DNA of 45,670 nt from Macrostomum lignano (Eukaryota): positions 1 to 45,670 of the forward strand of contig NIVC01003235.1 in NCBI GenBank assembly GCA_002269645.1, read 5' to 3'. Made by a program: the position numbers and the translations under genes. The notes beneath the pieces are model-generated. The model was given only the letters and a program-made list of their open reading frames with translations. It did not search any database and was not told the DNA's origin. Positions 35,822-45,670 of the stretch are shown here, in pieces (position 1 is the first letter of the stretch; each line of letters begins with the position of its first letter).

Positions 35822-37420
35822 CCCAATACCCATCTAACCTGTTCGAATTAGACAGGTAAAATGGCCACTAGCCAAGGTAAATTGCAAAATTAAAAACAAA
35901 GAACAAAATTGGGAGAAAAAAAGAGAAGAAAAAAAGAAAAAGGCATGAAAAGTCATATACAAAGTGAAAATTAAATTGTAACTGGGGAACTAAGTCACAA
36001 TCAAGAGGAAATAAGTTGCAATTGGGAGAAACTAAGTCACAAATCTGGACAAAACTAAGTTGCACTAGACAGGACAGGTGAAATTTTGAGGTTGGGCATA
36101 TATGGCAAGAAAGTATTTAATAATAAAATTAACTAATATTACAACTAAGATTAGATTCACTAATGGCGCCGGGACTAAAACTGTAAAAGAGAAACTAGGG
36201 TTAAATTAGTTTAGGTTCGCAATAGTGTCACTAAGCAAAGTAAAAGCAATAAGTCAAGTAAAGTGAATAAAGAAAGTAAGCAGAAAAATAAGCAGGTAGT
36301 TTGCAAGAAGTAGGTAAAGGAGAGTTGAAAATGAGCAGGCAAAATGGGAGATAATATAATATTCAATAAATAGTCCAAACAATGGGGCAGGCGCTGGGCA
36401 CAGGGGTGGCACAACAGTACAAGGAATGGAAAACTTGACAAAAGTACTAGGAAAGTAGAGCAAAAATTAACAAAATCCAAGATTTTGTTATCCAAGAAAA
36501 ATCCGGGGCATAAATGGGCTAGAGAAAGGAAAACAGGGAACCAACATAGGACAAGCAATTTTTGGGTCTTGCAAAGAAAAAAATGACAGCACCAGCCTGA
36601 CAATAGCCAAAAATAAAATTGTTCATGCAAAGGATTGTTATTATTAATTAGTGGCAACCCACCTACTATAGTATCTATATAATTATTATTTATTTAAATA
36701 TTACAAAATGAAGGTGCATTCAAGTACCTACATTTCTCCACTAAGTTTTTAATTAAGCACACCCAAATGGTGCTCTTGCTATAGATTAAGAAATATAAAG
36801 TTGTAGCTTTGTTTTGCTGTATATTAGAACAAGCTGTTGAAACCTGCAGATTTTGAACCCGTGGAATTCCAATCCCCAGAACTATTTTTAAAAAATAAAA
36901 AATAAAAATATAAAAAATATAAAATCTATCAAAACTCAAACAAACACTTGTTAACAGTTAGGATAGAGTTAAACCTAAAATGGAGTACATTCATGTAAAA
37001 TGAGGATTTGAGGCAAACATTGATATTGTTGGCTAGGGTGCTGCGCAGAATGTCAGTCAAACTCTGGACTCTACCTCTGCCTCTCCCTAGCCATATATGC
37101 CCAACCTTAAAATTTCACCTATCCAGTGCAACTTAGTTTTATCTAGATTTGCGACTTAGTTCCTCTTGATTGCAACTTACAAGCTAGTTCCTCCAATTGC
37201 AACTTAATTTTCACTTTGTATATGACTTTTCTTGCCTTTTTCTTTTTTCTTCTCTTTCTCTCTATCTTTCCCCTCTCTCTGTCTTCTCCCTCCTCTTTTT
37301 CTTTTTCTCTCCTCTCCTTTTTTCTTCCCCAATTTTTCATTTTTTTATTTTTGATTTTGTGACTTACCTTGGCTAGAGGCCATTTCACCTATCTAGTTTG
37401 GATGGGTTGGATGGTGTTGG
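35822..37420. mobile_element. Foldback-type element with ~280-330-bp imperfect inverted repeats
   Basis: ACAGGTAAAATGGCCACTAGCCAAGGTAA...GGTGAAATTTTGAGGTTGGGCATATATGGC (35851-36107) is inverted at 37090-37395 (GCCATATATGCCCAACCTTAAAATTTCACC...TTACCTTGGCTAGAGGCCATTTCACCT). Ends and TSD not resolved. Confidence 0.7.
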
Positions 37421-37969
37421 ATGATTATAATGCTAAAAATGCTATTTACAAAGTCAATTTTAAAACTAGAATTATTAAAAATATATAGGTCTATTCAACA
37501 TTGTAATGGTATCTATTTGCATAATCTTCATAAATTATATTATTTATGAGTTAGTTTTGACAAAAAATGAAACATAGTCGACTGTAGGCCTAGTTAACTA
37601 AGTTGTGACTTAGTTGGGCATAGCTCCTATTAGTTGTTAACTTCTTTTCTTCTTTCTTTCTTTCTTCTATCAATTGCTTTGCTATCCTTTTTGCTTTTTT
37701 ATTTTTTGAGTAAAGACCAATTTTTGTGACTAACCTTGGCTAGTTTGCTTAGAATTGCTAAGATGTCAAAGTGTATGGGGAATTGCTTAGGTGTCAATGC
37801 AAATGGAATTCACACAAATAATTGTTGTCCCTTGCAATTACCCAGCTTTTAACAATATTTATTGAATAAATTATTACAACACTATTTTAGACTAGCCTTT
37901 GAAAGTTAAATTATATTCAAAGCATTGAATGACTTTTTCTCTCAAATTAAATTTGCAATTCACAGCAAT

Positions 37970-40560
37970 ATGAGTCGCGGGATTGTGGAATCTGCTAGTC
38001 GGTCATTGGCAATTAGAGTTCACCCAACAGCTCTGCCTGCACTGCTGAGTAAATTAGGTCAAGCTCGACCTGCTAAAAGTGCAACCTATTTGGTGAAAGA
38101 GCAAGCCTTGCTAGTGGAATATAATAGACCGTTTGCTGTTGAGAAGGCTCTGGCGCATTTGAAAGTTCAACAGCCGTTTCTTAATTATCCTGTGCTGTCT
38201 GATCCTAATTCCTGGAGCGGCAATGTTAAAGTGTCTGGTAAGTGTAAGTGTAATCGATTTTTTAAAGGTATTCGTGATGACAAATATTGGGAATCTTAAA
38301 GAGTTCGAATGACACAATATAGGGATTTGCAATGCTAATTCTTTGAGATCTGGAATGGGGATTCTTAGGGATCTGAAATGGGGATTCTTAGGGATCTGGA
38401 ATGGGGATTCTTTGAGATTTGGAATGGGGATTCTTAGGGATCTGGAATGCTGATAATTAGGGATCTGAAATGCTAATCATTAGGGATCTGGAATGCTGAT
38501 AATTAGGGATCTGGAACGCTAATCATCAGGGATCTGGAATGCTAATCATTAGGGATCTGGGAATGGAGGTTATCAAGGATCTGAAATAGGAATCCTAGGG
38601 TTCTGGAAAGCTTTTCTTGTCAGTTAAAATACTACAGAAGAAATGTTAAACACTGCATCTAGCTACTCTAAGTAGTTGTTTTTACTCTTTCCCATCACAC
38701 ATTGCTTTTAGACACGGCTGACAGCAACAGCATATCCAGTATAATGAAACTGCGCAACAAGTTAAAACTCGACGTCATTCCGGATTTTAATTGGCCAGCC
38801 TTTCGATCTGAGCTGCTAGCTGAAAAGTCTTTGTCCAGCCAGATGCTGACTTATTATAATAGGCGCCTGCTCAATAAGCAACAGGTGGTATTGCGCACAG
38901 TGCTAGCTATAGGGATTAATTATCTTGTGCAGTCTCTGTCCGCCGGGGTGGCTTTGAAAATTGTCGGCTCCCTACGGACGGGGACCAGCTTTGAGAAGTC
39001 TGACTGCGATATGAATCTTTGGTTCTACGACGATTGCTGTTCGCACCTGTGCCGAGGGGATTTTAATCCCAATGCTGCCCCGGTACCGGACAGGCTGACC
39101 CAGTGCTTGGAGTCCTTCTCTAATTTGAGAATAGTGCCGCTCCGCAATCACCATCCGATTGGTTATTCGTCGCCAACATTTCCTAACAGGGTATTCCTGG
39201 CCAACCTGGGCCTGTTGCTAAGGGATGTGGATCCGGCTGTGACTGATCTGCAGTGCCACACGGCGCTAAAGTGCCAGTGATTCGGGCTAAGCATAAATTT
39301 CTCGGCTTCAATTTTGACGTATCGTTGAGCACTCGGTTTAATCACAAGTTGAACTATTTAGTTAGCAACCTGAGCTCTTCTTGTCCGCCGTTCACTCCGC
39401 TGCTCATTGTGGTGAAGGGCATCTGCAAGGAGTCCCGGCTGCGTATGATTCACGCTGACGATTATAGCGGCCAGTTGACTACGTTTAAGCTCACTGCTCT
39501 GCTTATCTACTTTCTGCAGGTGGGGTTCTGCTGTGCCGCTGACTGCTGACTGAGTAGATATGGTAGGCAGGATATGGTACACATGGTAGAAACGGTAAAC
39601 AGACCAAATTACAAAGTAAATAAAGTAGATAGTAGATATGGCAGGACAGAGTAGATATAGTAGACAGGGTAGATATAGTAGATATGGTAGACAGGGTGGA
39701 TATAGTAGACAGGGTAGATATAGTAGTAGACAGGGTAGAATAAGTAGACAGGGGTAGATATAGTAGACAGGGGTAGATGTAGTAGACAGGGTAGATGTGG
39801 TAGATAGGGTAGATATAGTAGACAGTACATATAGTAGACGGGCTAGATCTGGTAGATATAGTAGACAGATAAATGTGGTAGACAGGGTAGATGTGGTAGA
39901 CAGGGTAGCTTTAGTAGACAAAATGTTTTACACAGAGTAAACTATATGGTGCATACAATGTGCATAAGTAGAGAAGGTAGACAAAGTAGACAGACAGTAG
40001 CTAACACTGCCCCATATCCCAATTTTGCACAATCGCAGGGCTGCGGCTACGTGCCGCCGCTCTCCCGACTGCTCAAGCTGGTGTCGGACCCGGCCCAGCT
40101 GCACGCGTTCTCCTACCTGCCAGCCACTGAGTCGCAGCGGATCCGTGATGCATTCTCGCGCAACGCTAGAAATTTAGAAACCCTGCTGAAACAGTTTCTG
40201 CGCTTCTTAATTAATTATGATTTCTCCGAGAAAGCTTTGGATTTGTTGAACTTCACAGAGTTGTCGCGAAGTCAGCTGCCGTTGGAATTGCGTTCGGATT
40301 TCATGGTGGTGCTGAATCCCACGGCCGATTGGCCTACGAATGTTACTAGGAATATTCGAGCAGACGATTGGAAGCAGCACTGCGAAGCGTTTGCGCGCGT
40401 GTTGGAGCATCTGGAGAGCCAGACCGACCGCGACTCGGAGCAGTGGGGTCTGGTTGGCCTGTTCGACTTTCCTGAGACTGATCTGGGCGACCCTGTGTGC
40501 GACCGGCTGCAGCAGGCTATTGACGGAGGCCGTCGGGTGGGGTCTGCCAGGTCACCGTAG
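37970..40560 (+). CDS. MTPAP: Mitochondrial poly(A) polymerase-like non-canonical nucleotidyltransferase, 3 exons, one -1 frameshift at ~39253
   Basis: Exons 37970-38237, 38712-39519 and 40039-40560, GT-AG, phases match; 1598 nt, i.e. one base short of 533 codons. RL-like N-terminus (SASRSLAIRV..LVEY), VGS..SDCD, AKVPVIR..FDVSL, FLQ|..VPPL, PAP-associated region and C-terminal WGL. Assignment to MTPAP rather than another TUTase rests on recalled family motifs. Confidence 0.75.
38340..38605. repeat. ~23-bp minisatellite in MTPAP-like intron 1
   Basis: GGGATCTGGAATGGGGATTCTTA grading into GGGATCTGGAATGCTAATCATTA. Confidence 0.88.
39550..39920. repeat. Degenerate ~18-21-bp minisatellite in MTPAP-like intron 2
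   Basis: GTAGACAGGGTAGATATA-type units. Confidence 0.88.
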
Positions 40561-40635
40561 CAGCGGCTACTGCTGACTGCGCATCTTTTGCTGCTTGGTG
40601 ATTGACGGTTTAGTGATTTCTATTGCTGCAGTTCC

Positions 40636-40666
<31 letters not shown>

Positions 40667-40685
40667 GTGTCTGTCTGTCTGTCTT

Positions 40686-40728
<43 letters not shown>

Positions 40729-40741
40729 TTTCTGTCTGTCT
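40636..40741. repeat. (TCTG)n microsatellite
   Basis: Direct reading. Confidence 0.95.
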
Positions 40742-41274
40742 ATGTATGTATTCAACTGTCTCACTGTCTGCCTCCCTTTCACTGTTATTCAATGTTCGTA
40801 TTGTCTCTCAGTCAGTCAATTATGTAATGTTTTCTACCTAAATTTGTAAACGTTAGTATTCGTGTTCTCTCTATGCAATTAGAGATGCAGTTAGAGAGGC
40901 TCTAACAAATACCAGATATCTTTAGGTATGCTATCGATGAAAAAATCAACAATGTAGTAAATAATATTAGAAAATGTGACACCCTATCTATGGAAGCGTG
41001 GAAATGATTAGTAGCAGTAGTTTTTAAATCAACTGTCAATATTTTAAACACAACCAAATGCTATGATCCTGTTATTAAATGGCCCGTGCACTGTCATCAT
41101 GCATTTTTGTTTGCTCAGATTGTCAAGTGAATATTTATTTTGTTGATAGTAGCTTGAAAAATGCTGTTCATATTTAGCAAAGAACTCTATACAGGCCAAC
41201 TTTTTGCATTTTGTTTGGCGATTCTGATCTGAATTCTTTGATCTCGAGTTATTTTCTATAATTTTAGTGTAGGG

Positions 41275-42945
41275 TCAAGGATGTAGATCAGGTAGATCAA
41301 GGATGTAGATCAGATGGATCATAGATGTAGATCAGGTGGATCAATGATGTAGATCAGGTGGATAAGAATGTAGCTCGAATGGATCACGGTTGTCGATCAG
41401 GGAATCAATGATGTAGACCAGGTGGATTGCGGATGTGGATCAGGTAGATTACGGATGTAGATCAGGTGGATCAAGGATGTAGATCAGGTAAATCACGGGT
41501 GTAGATCAGGTGGATCACGGATGTAGATCAAATTAATCACGGGTGTAGATCAGGTGGATCACGGATGTAGATCAGGTGGATCAATGATGTAGATCAGGTG
41601 GATAAGAATGTAGCTCGAATGGATCACGGTTGTCGATCAGGGAATCAATGATGTAGACCAGGTGGATTGCGGATGTGGATCAGGTAGATTACGGATGTAG
41701 ATCAGGTGGATCAAGGATGTAGATCAGGTAAATCACGGGTGTAGATCAGGTGGATCACGGATGTAGATCAAATTAATCACGGGTGTAGATCAGGTGGATC
41801 ACGGATGTAGATCGGGTGGATCAAGGATGTAGATCAAATTAATCACGGGTGTAGATCAGGTGGATCACGGATGTAGATCAAATTAATCACGGGTGTAGAT
41901 CAGGTGGATCACGGATGTAGATCAAATTAATCACGGGTGTAGATCAGGTGGATCACGGATGTAGATCAAATTAATCACGGGTGTAGATCAGGTGGATCAA
42001 GGATGTAGATCAGGTAAATCACGGGTGTAGATCAGGTGGATCACGGATGTAGATCAAATTAATCACGGGTGTAGATCAGGTGGATCACGGATGTAGATCA
42101 GGTGGATCAAGGATGTAGATCGGGTGGATCAAGGATGTAGATCTAATGGATCACGGATGTAGATCAGATGGATTACGGATTTAGATCAGGTGGATAAAGG
42201 ATGTAGATCAAATGGATCATAGATGTATATCAGGTGGATCAAGGATGTAGATCGGGTGGATCAAGGATGTAGCTCTAATGGATCACGGATGTAGATCAAA
42301 TGGACCACGAGTGTAGATCAGGTGTATAAAGGATGTAGATCAAATGGATCATAGATGTATATCAGGTGGATCAAGGATGTAGATCTAATGGATCACGGAT
42401 GTAGATCAGATGGATTACGGATTTAGATCAGGTGGATAAAGGATGTAGATCAAATGGATCATAGATGTATATCAGGTGGATCAAGGATGTAGATCGGGTG
42501 GATCAAGGATGTAGATCTAATGGATCACGGATGTAGATCAGATGGATTACGGATTTAGATCAGGTGGATAAAGGATGTAGATCAAATGGATCATAGATGT
42601 ATATCAGGTGGATCAAGGATAAGATCGGGTGGATCAAGGATGTAGATCGGGTGGATCAAGGATGTAGATCTAATGGATCACGGATGTAGATCAAATGGAT
42701 CATAGATGTATATCAGGTGGATCAAGGATAAGATCGGGTGGATCAAGGATGTAGATCGGGTGGATCAAGGATGTAGATCTAATGGATCACGGATGTAGAT
42801 CAAATGGACTACGAGTGTAGATCAGGTGGATCACGGATGTAGATCAGGTGGATCACGGGTGTAGATCAAATGGATCACGGGTGTAGATCAGATGGATTGC
42901 GGATTTAGATCAGGTGGATTGCGGATGTAGATCAAGTAGATCAGG
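41275..42945. repeat. 22-bp minisatellite (~75 units) with higher-order structure
   Basis: Unit GATGTAGATCAGGTGGATCA(A/C)G. Near-exact 240-bp block duplication (41338-41577 vs 41578-41817), 44-bp dimers at ~41830-42080 and ~132-bp blocks at ~42110-42780. Confidence 0.95.
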
Positions 42946-43031
42946 CGATGGGATCTGAGATCTTGGCAATATTAGGTATACGCTCGTAATTTCTAGGCAC
43001 CGTATCTAATGACTAATTATCTAAAAACTCC

Positions 43032-44841
43032 ATGTCAATCGCGGAGGCAACGGAGGTCATTCAGCCCTCCGCTATTAAGCCTACGGGATCAGTGGCGGTC
43101 GATCAGCCTCGTTTAAGGGAGTCTCAACTCGCTCGCCGAGTCCTCGACCAGCTAGACTTCGTTGACTCAGTCTGTGACAAGCTCATGGGTTCGATACCCG
43201 GAGTAGATCGTCTGCAGCGCAGGTGCCAAACTGAACGCCGATTTGTGCTGAGTTTGCTTCAGGACTCGGCCACTGAAACTGATCTTGAGCGCAGAGTGGA
43301 GCAGCTGAGGAGCAGCAATGCTGGCCAGTTGAGTGCAGTGGCCCAGCAACTCGATTTATTGACTTCAGGGTCTACCGATCAACAGTCAGGCCATGGGACA
43401 CTTGTTGTCTCGTCCCCGAAGAGCTGCTGCGCTGTGCTAGAAAAGTTCGCCGTTTTCAGTCGGAATTCTGAGGATTGCCTTGAGGCGACTGCTACAGATG
43501 GCCAGGTGAGATGCTTCCCTCACCATCATCTAACCTGTATTCCCCATTTCTGTCCCTCCCCTTCACCATCTAACCTCTCTTCCCTATCCCTGTCCCTCCC
43601 AGCCAGCCTCTTCCACATCCAGCCTCTCTTCCCCATCCCTGTCCCTCTCAGCCAGCCTCTCTTCCCCATCCCTGTCCTCTCAGCCAGCCTCTCTTCCCCA
43701 TCCATGTCCCTCTCAGCCAGCCTCTCTTCCCATCCCTGTCCCACCCATCCAGCCTGTCTTCCCCATCCCTGTCCCTCCCATCCAGCCTCTCTTCCCCATC
43801 CCTGTCCCACTCAGCCAGCCTCTCTTCCCCATCCCTGTCCTCCCAGCCAGCCTGTCTTCCCAAATCTCCATCCCTGTTCCTCTCAGCCAGCCTCTCTTCC
43901 CCTTCCCTGTCCCTCTCAGCCAGCCTCTCTTCCCCTTCCCTGTCCCTCTCAGCCAGCCTCTCTTCCCCATCCCTGTCCCTCCCAGCCAGCCTGTCTTCCC
44001 AAATCCCCATCCCTGTTCCTCTCAGCCAGCCTCTCTTCCCCTTCCCTGTCCCTCCCATCCAGCCTCTCTTCCCCATCCCTGTCCCTCTCAGCCAGCCTCT
44101 CTTCCCCATCCCTGTCCCTCCCAGCCAGCCTGTCTTCCCAAATCCCATCCCTGTTCCTCTCAGCCAGCCTCTCTTCCCCTTCCCTGTCCCTCTCAGCCAG
44201 CCTCTCTTCCCCTTCCCTGTCCCTCTCAGCCAGCCTCTCTTCCCCTTCCCTGTCCCTCTCAGCCAGCCTCTCTTCCCCATCCCTGTCCCTCCCAGCCAGC
44301 CTGTCTTCCCCATCCCTGTCCCTCTCAGCCAGCCTCTCTTCCCCTTCCCTGTCCCTCCCATCCAGCCTCTCTTCCCCATCCTCTCATTTCTTCATTCCCA
44401 ACTTTGAATCCAAACGGCAGTAGCGCATAAAACACCGCAGAGGTCAATCAGTGCGTTGCCCAGCTGCACAGCCAAGGTGGAAGTGGACCTGGTCTGCCAC
44501 GGCGGCTCTCTCTGGTTGAAATGCGTGGCCAGAAATCCGCGCGGACTCAGCCAGGCCAGCTCCGGACAGACTAGCCACGGCGCCGGCCGGGGTCTCCTGC
44601 AACAGGCGCGCCTGCTGATGCGCGCCGCCGCGCTTGCCGGCCCCGCGCCTGGCGCCATCCGACTGCGGATTCACTGCGCCAGCGGGTGACGCCGAGACTA
44701 CGCGACCGTCTGCTGGCCGTTGGAGTCAGCGAAGTCACCGGACAGCTGGCCGAGGGAGATGAAGACGAGTTCGATGATGAGCACGATGACGTACATGATG
44801 AAGAGCTGGAGACTGGGATTAATGGGGCTGGCAGCATTGAG
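43032..44841 (+). CDS. C7orf25/UPF0415 (DUF1308)-like gene, first two exons; the rest probably lies beyond the window
   Basis: Exon 43032-43505 (RRCQTERRFVL..LRSSNAGQL, donor CAG|gtgaga). Exon 44441-44841 (VEVDLVCHGGSLWLKCVARNP..SG/VTPRLRDRLLAVGV, acidic tract, donor GAG|gtgagt), with a -1 frameshift in the GGG run at ~44686. Confidence 0.72.
43590..44380. repeat. 33-bp minisatellite in intron 1 of the C7orf25-like gene
   Basis: Unit CCATCCCTGTCCCTCTCAGCCAGCCTCTCTTCC; 11-aa ORF periodicity. Confidence 0.93.
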
Positions 44842-44857
44842 GTGAGTGCTGATGCGC

Positions 44858-44874
44858 GTCTGTCTGTCTGTGTG

Positions 44875-44911
<37 letters not shown>

Positions 44912-44964
44912 TTGTGTCTGTTTTCGTGTGTCTGTCTGTCTGTCTGTCTTTGTGTCTGTTTTCG

Positions 44965-45004
<40 letters not shown>

Positions 45005-45071
45005 CGTGTGTCTGTCCGTGTGTCTGTCTGTGTGTGTGTGTCTGTCTGTCTGTCTGTCTGTCTGTCGGTCG

Positions 45072-45122
<51 letters not shown>

Positions 45123-45127
45123 GGTCG

Positions 45128-45195
<68 letters not shown>

Positions 45196-45216
45196 TTCTG
45201 TCTGTCTGTCTGTCTT

Positions 45217-45254
<38 letters not shown>

Positions 45255-45265
45255 GGTCGGTCTGT
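44858..45265. repeat. (TCTG)n microsatellite with TG/TCGG variants, intronic
   Basis: Direct reading; follows the donor at 44842. Confidence 0.95.
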
Positions 45266-45670
45266 GTCTCGGTGTTTGTCTGTATTTGTTCTGACTCCAA
45301 GTTTATCTGCGCGGATGTCTCAGCATTGTAAATCAGGGCTCTTTAAATACACAATTGTGGCGGTCCACTGCCGCCAACTTATTAACATAATTTGGACTGC
45401 AGAGCTTTGCCTAAACGCCTCTCTCACTGTTAAATCTATGGCCCAAATAGACGCTCAAATTGAGAAGCCAGGCCGAACTTGAGGCCTGGCAAGCGGACTT
45501 TCTTTACTCGCTCGCACAGCCTTAGGCGAGCCGCTACACAATCACGTTTGTCTGTAAGCTTGATATTATAATAGCTATCAGTCTCTCTTTTCTGATTTGC
45601 TCTTTTTGTACCATCTTAATCCCGCTTTGTCATTCTTAAACAGTATCAAATTCATGTATGCGAACAAAGG

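Noticed and set aside
36211-36657. Hydrophobic 148-aa minus ORF, and a TGGCGCC primer-binding-site-like motif at ~36164
   Set aside because: The ORF is the complement of A-rich DNA with no domain signal; no LTR or retroelement ORF accompanies the motif.
41275-42945. CRISPR-like appearance of this and other regular arrays (19276-19985, 10413-10595)
   Set aside because: Head-to-tail tandem units without unique spacers, no cas genes, eukaryotic context.
44392-45482. LSVC/QTDR repeat ORFs (also 40567-40849)
   Set aside because: Translations of (TCTG)n microsatellites.

Overview
Metazoan nuclear DNA with GT-AG introns, dense mini/microsatellites and nested transposons. The gene set and repeat style resemble a free-living flatworm such as Macrostomum, but that is an unconfirmed inference. 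Host genes whose exons I joined in frame by hand: a 7-exon MYRF-like gene (minus, 25640-31016), a 2-exon secreted fibrinogen-related protein with an unrecognised N-terminal domain (minus, 20173-21437), an MTPAP-like nucleotidyltransferase (plus, 37970-40560, one -1 frameshift), the 5' part of a C7orf25/UPF0415-like gene (plus, from 43032) and a broken cadherin-repeat fragment (17640-18990). Mobile DNA: a full-length APE-RT-RNaseH LINE (523-6333) inserted in a minisatellite with a 10-bp TSD, a 5'-truncated Ty3/Gypsy element with its 3' LTR (13766-16944), an internally deleted Tc1/IS630-like element (23912-24615), a 682-bp MITE with an 8-bp TSD (34877-35558) and a ~1.6-kb foldback element. The most unusual region is 7583-13765. 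It holds a decayed adenain-type (Polinton/adintovirus-like) cysteine protease and, on the same strand 2-3 kb away, a decayed intron-containing tyrosine recombinase gene that the ORF track fragments. These may be one YR-integrating virus-like element or two unrelated relics. Several frameshifts are single-base losses, often in homopolymers, and may be assembly errors.
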